A DNA stretch of 64,000 nucleotides, taken from positions 42,514 to 106,513 of the forward strand of contig CAWDXC010000018.1 in the NCBI GenBank assembly GCA_963806155.1. Direction: 5' to 3'. This DNA comes from an uncultured Actinomycetes bacterium (GTDB lineage: Bacteria; Actinomycetota; Thermoleophilia; RBG-16-64-13). The position numbers were made by a program, and so were the translations under genes. This document shows, one piece after another, positions 8,907-17,508 of the stretch. The notes beneath the pieces are model-generated. The model saw nothing but the letters and a program-made list of their open reading frames with translations. It was not told where the DNA came from and searched no databases. Position 1 is the first letter of the stretch. Every line of letters starts with the position of its first letter.

Positions 8907-10717
8907 CCCGCGGGGGGTCGCCCGGCCGGGGGCTGACCGGCCAGGGGTTGGCCGGCGGCTGTCGCCATCCGGTCGACGAAGGACTGGTAGGTCTCCATCA
9001 TGGCGTCGAACGGCTTGTCGAACTCGATCGTCGTGAAGTGCCCGGCGGGCCGGCAACGGACCAGGTCGAGGGGGAGCAGGCCATCCCAGGAGTAAGCCAG
9101 CTGAGGGAAGGCCCCTCGTCCCACCACTCGGATCGCCGTCACTCCCTGAGCTCCACAGGCGGTGGCAAAATCGAGGAAGCGACGGCTCAAGCCCTCTCCG
9201 GGCCTGCCTACCGCGACGCTCAGGGACTGTAGAGAGCGAGAGGGGAGCAGGCCGAGGTAGTCGCGGGGCACTTCCATCAGGTCGTCCACCGGACGTACGA
9301 TCACCACCCGGCCCTGACAGTCGTTTACGAGGGTATTGAACATGCCCGGACTCAGGCTGGGACGGCCGGGGGCCCTCTCGTCCAGTATCACCACGAACGG
9401 GTCGTCGTAGTCCGAGAGGACTTGAAGGCCGGTGGGCACACCACTCGAGCTTTCTAGGGCCTTGTACCGGTCGAAGGTGTCGTGCAGCTGGCGGAGCGGC
9501 CAGGCGCCGCGCGGCAGTACCTCGGACAGCCTGCGAAGCCGACCGGCAAGAAGGCCGGCGTACTCGAGCGGGTCGGTATCTCCATGTGCGCTTCTCTCAA
9601 CGAAGTGGATGCGGGAAGAGAGACACCCGTTCTGATCCCAGAAGACAGAATCGAGACCGGCCAGCAGAGCGACGGCGGCGACGAGCCCGCCCTCCCACGA
9701 ATAGTGAGCGCCCTCGCGACCGAGCTCGAAGACCTCCCGGCCGATGGCCGTGAAGCTGACTTTGTGCCCATGGGGATGGAAACGGACGTGGGACCGGCCC
9801 GAAGGGCCGCGCTCCCGCGGGATCTGACCGGCGATGCGGGCGATCGTGTCGTCTCCGGCGGCCGCGATCACGAGGTCCGACCGGCCGAGAAGCCGGCTCT
9901 GGAGGGCCGCATCGTCGTAGTCCCAGACCAAGACGGCGACAGTGGAGGCGAGTTCCTCGTCCGCTTCTTCCAGCGCCTGGAGGACGATCGGGCTGAATAT
10001 GGGCTCGCGCCGCGAGTTACGCACCAGTACCACCGGCGGCGCTCCACCACAGAGGGTGGTCGAGAGGGCCAAGAGGACGATGATAAGGGCGGTCCCCGGC
10101 ACGTTCCCAGCGCCGTACCCGGTGACGAACTCCGGTGCCTCCGGTGCACCGAACAGCGATATCCCGGAATACAGGGGCAGTCGGCCGGCCAACCGGGAGA
10201 TCCCCGCCGCGCGAGAGGGGAAGAAACGGAGGCGACCTGGCAACCCGGGCAACGGCTGCCAGCGAGCCTTCGTCGCTTTCCTGGGGTCGAGGGCGAACGC
10301 GCGGGTCATCTGCTCCAGATCCCATATCTCCGGGGCCGCCATCACCGAGCCGATCATGGCCGGGCTGTAGCCCGTGTAGCCGGGGATCGTTTCGAGCTCT
10401 CGACGGGCGGGAGCCTTCGGATCGGCGAGTCCTCGGGCGACCACTTTCATGGCCACGTTCAGGCGGTCCCAGAACTCCGGGCCGCGGGGAGCCCGGCCGC
10501 GAGCGGCGGCCAGTCCGTCGAGCAAGACCGTCCAGTCGTTCTCGGTGAGACGTGGCCACCGGGTGGTGACGGCTCCCGGCGTCTCCGCTTCGCGCTCGCG
10601 TCCGCACTCGCGGCCGGCAGCGAAACTCGACTCCACCCAGGTTCGTCGTCCGCCGACGATCGCGCGACGCATGGCCTTCGGGAGCCAGAACCCGTCGATC
10701 ACACCTGGGCTGCGCAT
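8900..10717 (-). CDS. LuxC-family acyl-CoA reductase (start uncertain)
   Basis: C-terminal 450 aa of ORF 8900..10987 resemble LuxC acyl-CoA reductase (…GNVPGTALIIV…, …WDQNGCLSSRIHFVE…); the first ~90 aa of the ORF are Arg-rich GC-artefact; candidate starts M91 (10717) or M106 (10672); 3' end overlaps the convergent kinase gene by 7 nt. Confidence 0.55.
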   Translation of the reverse strand: MRSPGVIDGFWLPKAMRRAIVGGRRTWVESSFAAGRECGREREAETPGAVTTRWPRLTENDWTVLLDGLAAARGRAPRGPEFWDRLNVAMKVVARGLADPKAPARRELETIPGYTGYSPAMIGSVMAAPEIWDLEQMTRAFALDPRKATKARWQPLPGLPGRLRFFPSRAAGISRLAGRLPLYSGISLFGAPEAPEFVTGYGAGNVPGTALIIVLLALSTTLCGGAPPVVLVRNSRREPIFSPIVLQALEEADEELASTVAVLVWDYDDAALQSRLLGRSDLVIAAAGDDTIARIAGQIPRERGPSGRSHVRFHPHGHKVSFTAIGREVFELGREGAHYSWEGGLVAAVALLAGLDSVFWDQNGCLSSRIHFVERSAHGDTDPLEYAGLLAGRLRRLSEVLPRGAWPLRQLHDTFDRYKALESSSGVPTGLQVLSDYDDPFVVILDERAPGRPSLSPGMFNTLVNDCQGRVVIVRPVDDLMEVPRDYLGLLPSRSLQSLSVAVGRPGEGLSRRFLDFATACGAQGVTAIRVVGRGAFPQLAYSWDGLLPLDLVRCRPAGHFTTIEFDKPFDAMMETYQSFVDRMATAAGQPLAGQPPAGRPPAGQ

Positions 10718-12087
10718 CCCGCCTCCCCCAACAGGTCCACTCGCTGAATGGAGCCTTTCTCCAGGTAGGCACCGGTGTCGCCGCAGGGGCAGAGCGTTTC
10801 CCCCCGCCCATCGACGAGGGTGACCCGGTCCGCCGTGCGGAAGAAGCCTGGGAACAGGTCGCCGCTCCCGAAAGGATCGAAGAAGGCCAGGAGCCCGGTC
10901 GCTCTGTCTCCCGCTCGGGTCTCGCCGTCGTCGTCCAGAGCCACCGCGTGGACCCAGGGCGGGACGTGATAGTTGCCGGCGGAGCACTGCATCGCCGCCC
11001 AGTTGGCCTCGGCCATGCCATAGACATCTCGTAGGGGCAATGCGCCTCCGTCCGCCGGCCGGAAGGCGCGCTCCAGGTCCTGCCTGATCTCGTCGGGCGA
11101 GAGACCATAGGCCTCCTTCATGCCTCCGCCGGTGCCGAGCAGGCTACCCGGAGCCAGAGAGATCGCACGGTTGGCGCGTAACAGAGCCAGGGCGACTCCG
11201 TGCAGCTGGGTGAGACTGCCGAACAGGAGCACCTTCTCGCTGCGCGCCGCGGCCCGGTCAAGCCGCTTGAGGGCCACCTTGATGGCGCGGGGGTCCACGT
11301 AGTGGGCCTGGAGGGTGTTGATGGCGGGGTGCCAGACCCGCTTTTCCACCCAGCCGCGCGGGCCGGAACGGTAGGCCCGGCCGGCGCGGATGCGGACCTG
11401 GTCGGGGTGGGCGGGGAACGGTATGGCGAAATGCACTCGGTCGGAGGTGAGCCCTACCCGCCGGACACTGAACCGGGCCATGCGGGCCATGGCGATGCGG
11501 CTCCGCTTGGGCATCATGAAGATCGCACGGTGGTCGGCCTTCATGCCGAGGTACCGCTGGAAAGACAGGTAGAAGCTCTCCACGTTGAGGTCGGTGCTCC
11601 TGGCGTCTCGGGCGATGATGGTGGCTCTGCCCGAAGTGCCGCTCGACGTCAGCAGTTCCAGCGCGTAGTCGGAGAAGAGGTACTCGATGGCCTGCAGCAG
11701 CGCCTCGAGAGACCGGTAGCTCGACCCGAGCCGGCGGAGACGGTCGGCGGGAAGATCGACCGAGAGCTGGTCTATGAGCCATTCCCCAAAGTCGCGGGCT
11801 TTATCCTGGGGGAACGGCGTCCCCAACAGGTCGATGTAGGACTTGAAGGTCTGGGACGTGGGCCGCAGCAGCCGGGACAGGTCGTCCACCGCAGCCCGGG
11901 GCCCCACTCCCCGGGCGGCCACTGCGTTGCGATAGGCCGTGTTACGCGCATAGTGCCAGGAGTGCGTGGCCAAGATGCCACGCAACACCTTCTTCTCGCG
12001 CTCGGCCTCGGGAATGCTCCAGAAGCCGGCCAGCTCGTCAGTCGTTTGGGCGCCGGGTTCCACAGTGTCGTGCGCTCCTCCTGTCAC
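10699..12087 (-). CDS. LuxE-family acyl-protein synthetase (adenylate-forming)
   Basis: 462 aa; AMP-binding P-loop LLTSSGTSGRATI, overall LuxE-like architecture, C-terminal CPCGDTGAYL motif; positioned between hotdog thioesterase and LuxC homologue on the same strand. Confidence 0.7.
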   Translation of the reverse strand: MTGGAHDTVEPGAQTTDELAGFWSIPEAEREKKVLRGILATHSWHYARNTAYRNAVAARGVGPRAAVDDLSRLLRPTSQTFKSYIDLLGTPFPQDKARDFGEWLIDQLSVDLPADRLRRLGSSYRSLEALLQAIEYLFSDYALELLTSSGTSGRATIIARDARSTDLNVESFYLSFQRYLGMKADHRAIFMMPKRSRIAMARMARFSVRRVGLTSDRVHFAIPFPAHPDQVRIRAGRAYRSGPRGWVEKRVWHPAINTLQAHYVDPRAIKVALKRLDRAAARSEKVLLFGSLTQLHGVALALLRANRAISLAPGSLLGTGGGMKEAYGLSPDEIRQDLERAFRPADGGALPLRDVYGMAEANWAAMQCSAGNYHVPPWVHAVALDDDGETRAGDRATGLLAFFDPFGSGDLFPGFFRTADRVTLVDGRGETLCPCGDTGAYLEKGSIQRVDLLGEAGCAAQV

Positions 12088-12111
12088 GGTCAGGTATCGT
12101 TTCGAGGGGCC

Positions 12112-12579
12112 TTACTCCGCGCTCGCCATACGCCGGCCGCGCTTAGGAACGGGCGGAAGCTCGCGCCCTTCCAAGGCGAGGATGGCGCTTCGGTACTCCG
12201 CGCGGAGCGGGACTCGCCGGCTCGTCACGTAGTCGTACGAGACCACGAGGGTCTCCCCGTCGGCCACCACTCTGTCCAGCGCTCGGCTGTGCGCGTCGTA
12301 CTCCATGAGGAAACGGTCCTCTCCGAGGGCCGACACCCGCGCTCCCAGCGAGAGGGTGTCCGGGTAGTTCACCGGCGCCCGGTAGCGGCAGCTGTTCGTC
12401 CCGATGATGAAGCCGTAGTCCCACAGGTCCAACCGGGGCGGGATCACCCCGAGACGCTCCAGATAGGAGATACGCACGATCTCGAAATACTCGAAGTAGA
12501 TGGTGTTGTTGACGTGCCCCAGGGCGTCCATGTCCGCCCAGCGCACCTCTACCTCGACGACCACAGGGTAGTGGTTCAA
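12112..12579 (-). CDS. acyl-CoA thioesterase, hotdog fold (YbgC/4HBT-like)
   Basis: 155 aa; VRWADMDALGHVNNTIYFEYFE catalytic-region motif of 4HBT thioesterases; TTG start with AAGGAGAGG Shine-Dalgarno. Confidence 0.75.
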   Translation of the reverse strand: MNHYPVVVEVEVRWADMDALGHVNNTIYFEYFEIVRISYLERLGVIPPRLDLWDYGFIIGTNSCRYRAPVNYPDTLSLGARVSALGEDRFLMEYDAHSRALDRVVADGETLVVSYDYVTSRRVPLRAEYRSAILALEGRELPPVPKRGRRMASAE

Positions 12580-12752
12580 AAGGACCTCTCCTTGTCGGGC
12601 ATCCTACAGCGGCATTGTAACGCCCGCGCGGCAGACCTGCCTCATTGATTTCTTGATGATATCATAGTAATATTGCATAGCCGGGTGGATCCCGGTACGG
12701 TTCTTGAACTGGTTCGACTCTGCCCCAGGGTGGGCGGTGGACAGGAGGAGAG
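12580..12752. promoter_or_regulatory. AT-rich divergent intergenic control region with perfect palindrome ATGATATCAT (12656-12665)
   Basis: 173-bp region of markedly lower GC between divergent thioesterase-luxE-luxC operon and SPFH gene; contains ttgatttcttgatgatatcatagtaatattgcatag. Confidence 0.35.
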
Positions 12753-13784
12753 ATGGACGGACAGCAGGTTTCGCTGAATCACGAGCGAGAGGCCAAAGCG
12801 ATGAGCGGCTGGGGCATGCTCGCCGCGGTGATCGTCATCTTCGTCGTCGGTATCGCCCTGTTGGTGGTGGCCGCTGTGTATGGGGACGACGAGGGTCTCA
12901 GCACCGGGGAGATCTGGGCCTTGGTGGGCCCGGGTATCGTTCTGCTGGCTCTGGGCTCCTTCTTGGCTCCCGGCTTTTTCACGCTGGAGCCTAACGAGAC
13001 CCGGGTCCTGGTGCTGTTTGGCGCCTACAAGGGCACCGTTCGCCAGGGCGGATTTTGCTGGGCCAACCCCTTCTACTCGAACGGCCCGACGGCCAAAGCT
13101 ACCACCGACGCACGCGGAGGCGAGGGAGCCGGGGGGACCTCGGCGACGGCCGGCAAGAAGGGTCAGCCCTCCCGCACGGTCAAGAAGTTCCCTCGCTATA
13201 AGGTCTCGGTGCGGGCCCGCACTTTGAACGGGCCGAAGCTCAAGGTCAACGATCGCAGGGGCAACCCGGTGGAGATCGCGACGGTAGTGGTCTGGAGGGT
13301 CAACGACACCGCCCAGGCCGTGTTCGACGTCGACGACTTCGAGCTCTACGTCGAGACCCAGAGCGAGACGGCGCTACGCCATCTGGCCAGCTCCTACGCC
13401 TACGATCACGGCGAGGAGCACGAGATCACCTTGAGGAGCAATGTGGACGAGGTGTCGCAGGCTCTCAAGGACGAGTTGGGGCAGAGACTTGCCCGAGCAG
13501 GCGTGTTGGTCGAAGAGGCCCGCCTCACCCACCTGGCCTACGCGCCCGAGATCGCTCAGGCGATGCTCCGCCGCCAGCAGGCCGAGGCGATCATCGACGC
13601 CCGCCAGAAGATCGTGCACGGGGCCGTGAGCATGGTCGACATGGCCCTCCGCGAGCTGTCAGAAAAGAGTGTGATAGAGCTCGATGAGGAGCGCAAAGCG
13701 GCCATGATCAGCAACCTGATGGTGGTACTCTGTGGCGAATCCGAGGTGCATCCGGTCGTGAACACCGGCACCCTCTACACCTAG
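12753..13784 (+). CDS. SPFH/band-7 (stomatin/prohibitin-like) membrane protein
   Basis: N-terminal TM ([21 protein letters not shown]), SPFH core (…[17 protein letters not shown]…[17 protein letters not shown]…), C-terminal coiled-coil ([21 protein letters not shown]); AGGAGGAG Shine-Dalgarno. Confidence 0.8.
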   Translation: MDGQQVSLNHEREAKAMSGWGMLAAVIVIFVVGIALLVVAAVYGDDEGLSTGEIWALVGPGIVLLALGSFLAPGFFTLEPNETRVLVLFGAYKGTVRQGGFCWANPFYSNGPTAKATTDARGGEGAGGTSATAGKKGQPSRTVKKFPRYKVSVRARTLNGPKLKVNDRRGNPVEIATVVVWRVNDTAQAVFDVDDFELYVETQSETALRHLASSYAYDHGEEHEITLRSNVDEVSQALKDELGQRLARAGVLVEEARLTHLAYAPEIAQAMLRRQQAEAIIDARQKIVHGAVSMVDMALRELSEKSVIELDEERKAAMISNLMVVLCGESEVHPVVNTGTLYT

Positions 13785-13821
13785 CACCTGTTGAGGACCG
13801 GGGTCTCTCCACGAGTGTGTC

Positions 13822-14019
13822 GTGGCTGAGCGCAAGCAGTTCCTGCTCCGCATAGATCCTCGGCTCTGGTCGGAGATGGAGGCGTGGGCTGCCGACGAGC
13901 TGCGCAGTGTGAACGGCCAGATCGAGTACGTGCTCCGAGACGCCGTGAGAAGGCGGAAGGGCTCACAAGAGAAAGGATCCGGGGATGAGAGATCCCAGGC
14001 TGGACAAGCTGGCCGATAA
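13822..14019 (+). CDS. Arc-family ribbon-helix-helix DNA-binding protein
   Basis: 65 aa; [38 protein letters not shown] matches the Arc-type RHH pattern (FxLRLPxxLxxxLxxxAxxxxRSLNAEIxxxL). Confidence 0.5.
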   Translation: MAERKQFLLRIDPRLWSEMEAWAADELRSVNGQIEYVLRDAVRRRKGSQEKGSGDERSQAGQAGR

Positions 14020-15295
14020 CCTGCTCGACTACTCGCTCGAGCTGCAACCGGGCGAGAAGGTGGGCATAGACGGGGAAGCCGGTTCGCGCGACCTGATGGT
14101 CGCTCTGGTGGAAGCGGCCTATCGGCGAGGCGTCGTCCCGTTCGTCGAGATCGGCGATCCCCAACTGCGGCGTGCCTGGCTCATGTGCGCGACCCGCGAG
14201 CAACTCGATCTCCGGGCATCGTGGGAGTTGCAGAAGTACAAAGACCTCGACGCCAGTCTCTACATCCTTGCCGGCGACAACGCTTCCGAACTGGCCGATG
14301 TGCCCCCAGGCGTCCTCGAGGCTTCGCGGCTGGCCAACGAGCCGCTCATGGAGGTGGTGCTGGCCAAGAAGTGGTGTCTACTTCGCTTTCCCACTCCGGC
14401 CGCTGCTCAGGCCGCCGGGATGTCGACGGAAGCATTCGAGGACTTCTGCTTGGCCGTCTCCGCCCTCGACTACGCGCGCATGGACAAGGCCATGGACCCG
14501 TTGGTGGAGTTGATGTCGCGCACGGACAAGGTGCGTATCACCGCGCCGGGGACGGACATCTCCTTCTCCATCAAGGGGATCCCGGTGGTGAAAGCGGCGG
14601 GTAAGAACAACATCCCCGACGGAGAGGTCTTCACCGCTCCGGTGCGGGACTCGGTCGACGGCATCATCCAGTTCAACACGCCGTCGCTCGAGGACGGCAC
14701 CACCTATGAGCGGGTGCGTCTGACGTTCAAGGACGGGCGGGTCGTGGACGCGGACTGCAACGAACCCGAGAAGATCGCGAAGATGCTCGACACCGACGAG
14801 GGGTCTCGCTACCTGGGCGAGTTCGCGTTCGGCGTCAATCCCTGCATCGACCGGCCCATGAAGGACACGCTCTACGACGAGAAGATCGGCGGCAGCCTGC
14901 ATGTCGCTCTCGGGCGGGCCTACGACGAGGCCGACAACGGGAACCGGTCGAGTGTCCACTGGGACCTGGTGCTGATGCAGACTTCTCAGTGGGGCGGAGG
15001 CGAGGTCTATTTCGACGGTGTGCTGGTGCGCAAAGACGGCCGGTTCGTGCTCTCGGGCTCGAAAGGGACTCAATCCCGAGAAGCTGGTGTGAGGAAGCGA
15101 CTCGCCTCGATCGGGCGACGTGCCTGGGCGCTCGGGGCGGGCTACCGGCGCGGATCCGCCCTCGTTTCGACATTCCCGGGAGTCGCCTCGACATTCCCGG
15201 GCGCCGGCGCACAGGATGCGCCGGCGCCGGCCGCGTCGGCCAGGCAGGTCTCGAGGTCTACGTCTCTCTCTGAGGCCCTGCCTGCCCTGCGGTAG
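13985..15295 (+). CDS. M29-family aminopeptidase (AmpS/PepS-like); C-terminal ~70 aa uncertain
   Basis: Thermophilic-metalloprotease M29 pattern (…[11 protein letters not shown]…, …GEFAFGVNP…, …[10 protein letters not shown]…); the ORF tail runs through a 21-bp tandem duplication and overlaps the convergent MFS gene. Confidence 0.7.
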   Translation: MRDPRLDKLADNLLDYSLELQPGEKVGIDGEAGSRDLMVALVEAAYRRGVVPFVEIGDPQLRRAWLMCATREQLDLRASWELQKYKDLDASLYILAGDNASELADVPPGVLEASRLANEPLMEVVLAKKWCLLRFPTPAAAQAAGMSTEAFEDFCLAVSALDYARMDKAMDPLVELMSRTDKVRITAPGTDISFSIKGIPVVKAAGKNNIPDGEVFTAPVRDSVDGIIQFNTPSLEDGTTYERVRLTFKDGRVVDADCNEPEKIAKMLDTDEGSRYLGEFAFGVNPCIDRPMKDTLYDEKIGGSLHVALGRAYDEADNGNRSSVHWDLVLMQTSQWGGGEVYFDGVLVRKDGRFVLSGSKGTQSREAGVRKRLASIGRRAWALGAGYRRGSALVSTFPGVASTFPGAGAQDAPAPAASARQVSRSTSLSEALPALR

Positions 15296-16560
15296 AGCGG
15301 CGCGGCGGCGAAGTAGACGATGCCGCCGATGGTGTACGCAAGAGCCTTAGACGTGGCCTGGGCGATCGCCCCCAGCCCCAGTTGCCCGGCGACTGCCCCG
15401 ATGTCGCCGAAGAACGAGTCGAACGAGAGCACCGTGGCCCGCTGCGCCGAGGGGATGTGCTCGTTGATGTAGGTCTGGCGGATCGGGCCGGCGATGCCGC
15501 TGACCACACCGAAACCGCCCAGCACGATCACAAGGACGGCGAAGGCCACGACGTTGTCACCCTCCGGCGCCAGGAGACCGGTCACTCCCATGCCCACGGC
15601 CAGGGTGGCCATCGCCGCGGACGCGACCATGAGGATAGATGCGGGTCGCTTCCCGAACCGAGAGCGAGAAAGCCGCTTCACCAGAGCATTGCCCGCCACA
15701 CCGGAAAGCGCGAAGAGCGCGGTGATCGACCCAGCCACCCATACCAGATCTTCGTTGCCCAGCAGTTCGAGAGCGTACGGTTGGGAGGCATAGAACAGAT
15801 ACCAGGTCAGAAGACCGTTGACGAGCGACACGAACAGCAGAGGCCGGACGACGGGATGGCGCCAGCCGTGAGTGATCCCGGCCGCGAAGATCTTGCGGCT
15901 TTCTTCCCCGAACCGAGCCAGCTCGAGCGGGCGGGGACGGAAACCGATGTCACGCATGAACACCAGAGTGACGACGAACGCGACCAGGAGCAGTGCGGTT
16001 CGGACGTAGTAAGGCACGGTCAGATCGATCTGCCCGAGAAGGCCTCCACCCAGAGTTCCCACCAGCATCGATACGCCGACGAACATGCCGCTGCGCGCGA
16101 ACACCCGGTCCTTGCTGCCCCGATAGCCTACCGAGTCCAGGGCGTCCACCAGCCAGGCGTCCACCGCTCCGGTCTGGCAGGTGAAGCCGAAGCCGAGCAG
16201 GATCGAGGCGAGGATGAAGCCGGCGATGCCCCAGTCGAGAACGGCGGAGCCTACGTAGCCCAGAGTGGCCACGACCAGGGCGCCGATGCCGATGAGAAGA
16301 GAAGCTCGTCGCCCGATGGTGTCGGCGATGACCCCCGTCGGCACTTCGAAAACGATCTGACCGGCGCTGAAGGTGGCGTTCACGAGCATCACGCCGAATA
16401 TGTCCAATCCGGCGTCCAGCAGGAAGAGGGTGTTCACCCCCCAGATCAGTGAGGCAGCCAGCGTGAAGAGAGCGCCGGTCGCGTAGTAGACGCGCTCGAC
16501 CCGGATCACGCTTGCGGGCGACTCATGGGCCGGAGAAGCGCCGGGATCAAGACGGTCCAC
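15142..16560 (-). CDS. MFS transporter
   Basis: 472-aa ORF with ~12 hydrophobic helices and MFS-like loop motifs (GVIADTIGRR); C-terminus reads through the 21-bp duplication. Confidence 0.75.
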   Translation of the reverse strand: MDRLDPGASPAHESPASVIRVERVYYATGALFTLAASLIWGVNTLFLLDAGLDIFGVMLVNATFSAGQIVFEVPTGVIADTIGRRASLLIGIGALVVATLGYVGSAVLDWGIAGFILASILLGFGFTCQTGAVDAWLVDALDSVGYRGSKDRVFARSGMFVGVSMLVGTLGGGLLGQIDLTVPYYVRTALLLVAFVVTLVFMRDIGFRPRPLELARFGEESRKIFAAGITHGWRHPVVRPLLFVSLVNGLLTWYLFYASQPYALELLGNEDLVWVAGSITALFALSGVAGNALVKRLSRSRFGKRPASILMVASAAMATLAVGMGVTGLLAPEGDNVVAFAVLVIVLGGFGVVSGIAGPIRQTYINEHIPSAQRATVLSFDSFFGDIGAVAGQLGLGAIAQATSKALAYTIGGIVYFAAAPLYRRAGRASERDVDLETCLADAAGAGASCAPAPGNVEATPGNVETRADPRR

Positions 16561-16563
16561 GCG

Positions 16564-17508
16564 TCACCTGTACCTTATGCGCGGATTGAGTATGGCGTAG
16601 ACGATGTCCGCCCCCAGATTGGCGAGGGCGAAGATGATCACGATCAGCATCGTGGTCGCCTGGATCAGCGGGAGGTCGCGCCTCTGCACCGCGTAGAGCA
16701 CCAGCCGCCCCAATCCTGGGTAGCCGAACACGGATTCGGTGATGATGAGACCACCGATCAGCCAGCCGACCCCGGCTGCGACGATCGTGACGGTAGGCAG
16801 CAGCGAGTTACGGAGCACGTGACCGAATAGCACACGGCCGGTCGAGAGTCCCTTGAGGTACGCGGTGCGCACGTAGTCGGTCTGCAGCACCTCCGCGGTC
16901 CCGGATCGTGTCATGCGGACGACGTAGGCCAGGCTTGCCAGCGACACGGTGAGCGCGGGCAGGATGAGGCTGGGCAGGGCAGCTGCGAAAGAGGTATCCG
17001 GCGGGATCGAGGACGACGAAGGGAACCAACCCAACCAGCGGGAGAAGAGTCCGATCACCAGTATGGCGGTCACGAACTCGGGCAAACCGACGAACGCCAG
17101 CGATCCCGCCGATATCACCTGATCGAGAGGGGAATTTCGCCGCCAGGCGGCAAGCACCCCCAGGAAGATCCCCAGCGGTACGTACATCAAGAAGGCCACC
17201 AGCGCGAGCATGGCCGAGTTGCGCAGTCTCTCCATGGTGATCGTTTGCACGTCTTCCTGGGTGCTTATCGAGGTTCCCCAGTCGCCCCGCAGGAAATCGC
17301 TGAGCCAGTTCCCATACTGGACTATGAGCGGCTCGTCGAGGCCCAACTCCTGCCGAAGCGCATCCTTGGCCTGCTCGGACGCCTCCCGCCCCAGGACCAT
17401 CGTGGCAACATCGCCCGGGAGGATGTGCGTGGCTGCGAACACCAACATGCTGGAGAGGAGCAGTGTCAAGAGGACGAACCCGAGGCGGCGAAGGACGAAG
17501 CGAGTCAT
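16564..17508 (-). CDS. ABC peptide transporter permease (DppB/OppB-like)
   Basis: Start MTRFVLRRLGFVLL…HILPGD typical of DppB; ATGA overlap with the upstream ATPase stop at 17505-17508. Confidence 0.8.
   Translation of the reverse strand: MTRFVLRRLGFVLLTLLLSSMLVFAATHILPGDVATMVLGREASEQAKDALRQELGLDEPLIVQYGNWLSDFLRGDWGTSISTQEDVQTITMERLRNSAMLALVAFLMYVPLGIFLGVLAAWRRNSPLDQVISAGSLAFVGLPEFVTAILVIGLFSRWLGWFPSSSSIPPDTSFAAALPSLILPALTVSLASLAYVVRMTRSGTAEVLQTDYVRTAYLKGLSTGRVLFGHVLRNSLLPTVTIVAAGVGWLIGGLIITESVFGYPGLGRLVLYAVQRRDLPLIQATTMLIVIIFALANLGADIVYAILNPRIRYR

Noticed and set aside
9482-12648. Plus-strand ORFs 9482..10747 (421 aa), 11200..12648 (482 aa) and minus alternative-frame ORF 10017..11108 (363 aa)
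   Set aside because: Antisense or alternative-frame to the LuxC/LuxE genes, which carry recognisable family motifs; composition biased to Arg/Gly/Pro/Asp
15382-16452. 356-aa plus-strand ORF
   Set aside because: Antisense to the MFS transporter; Arg/Asp/His/Glu-rich low-complexity translation
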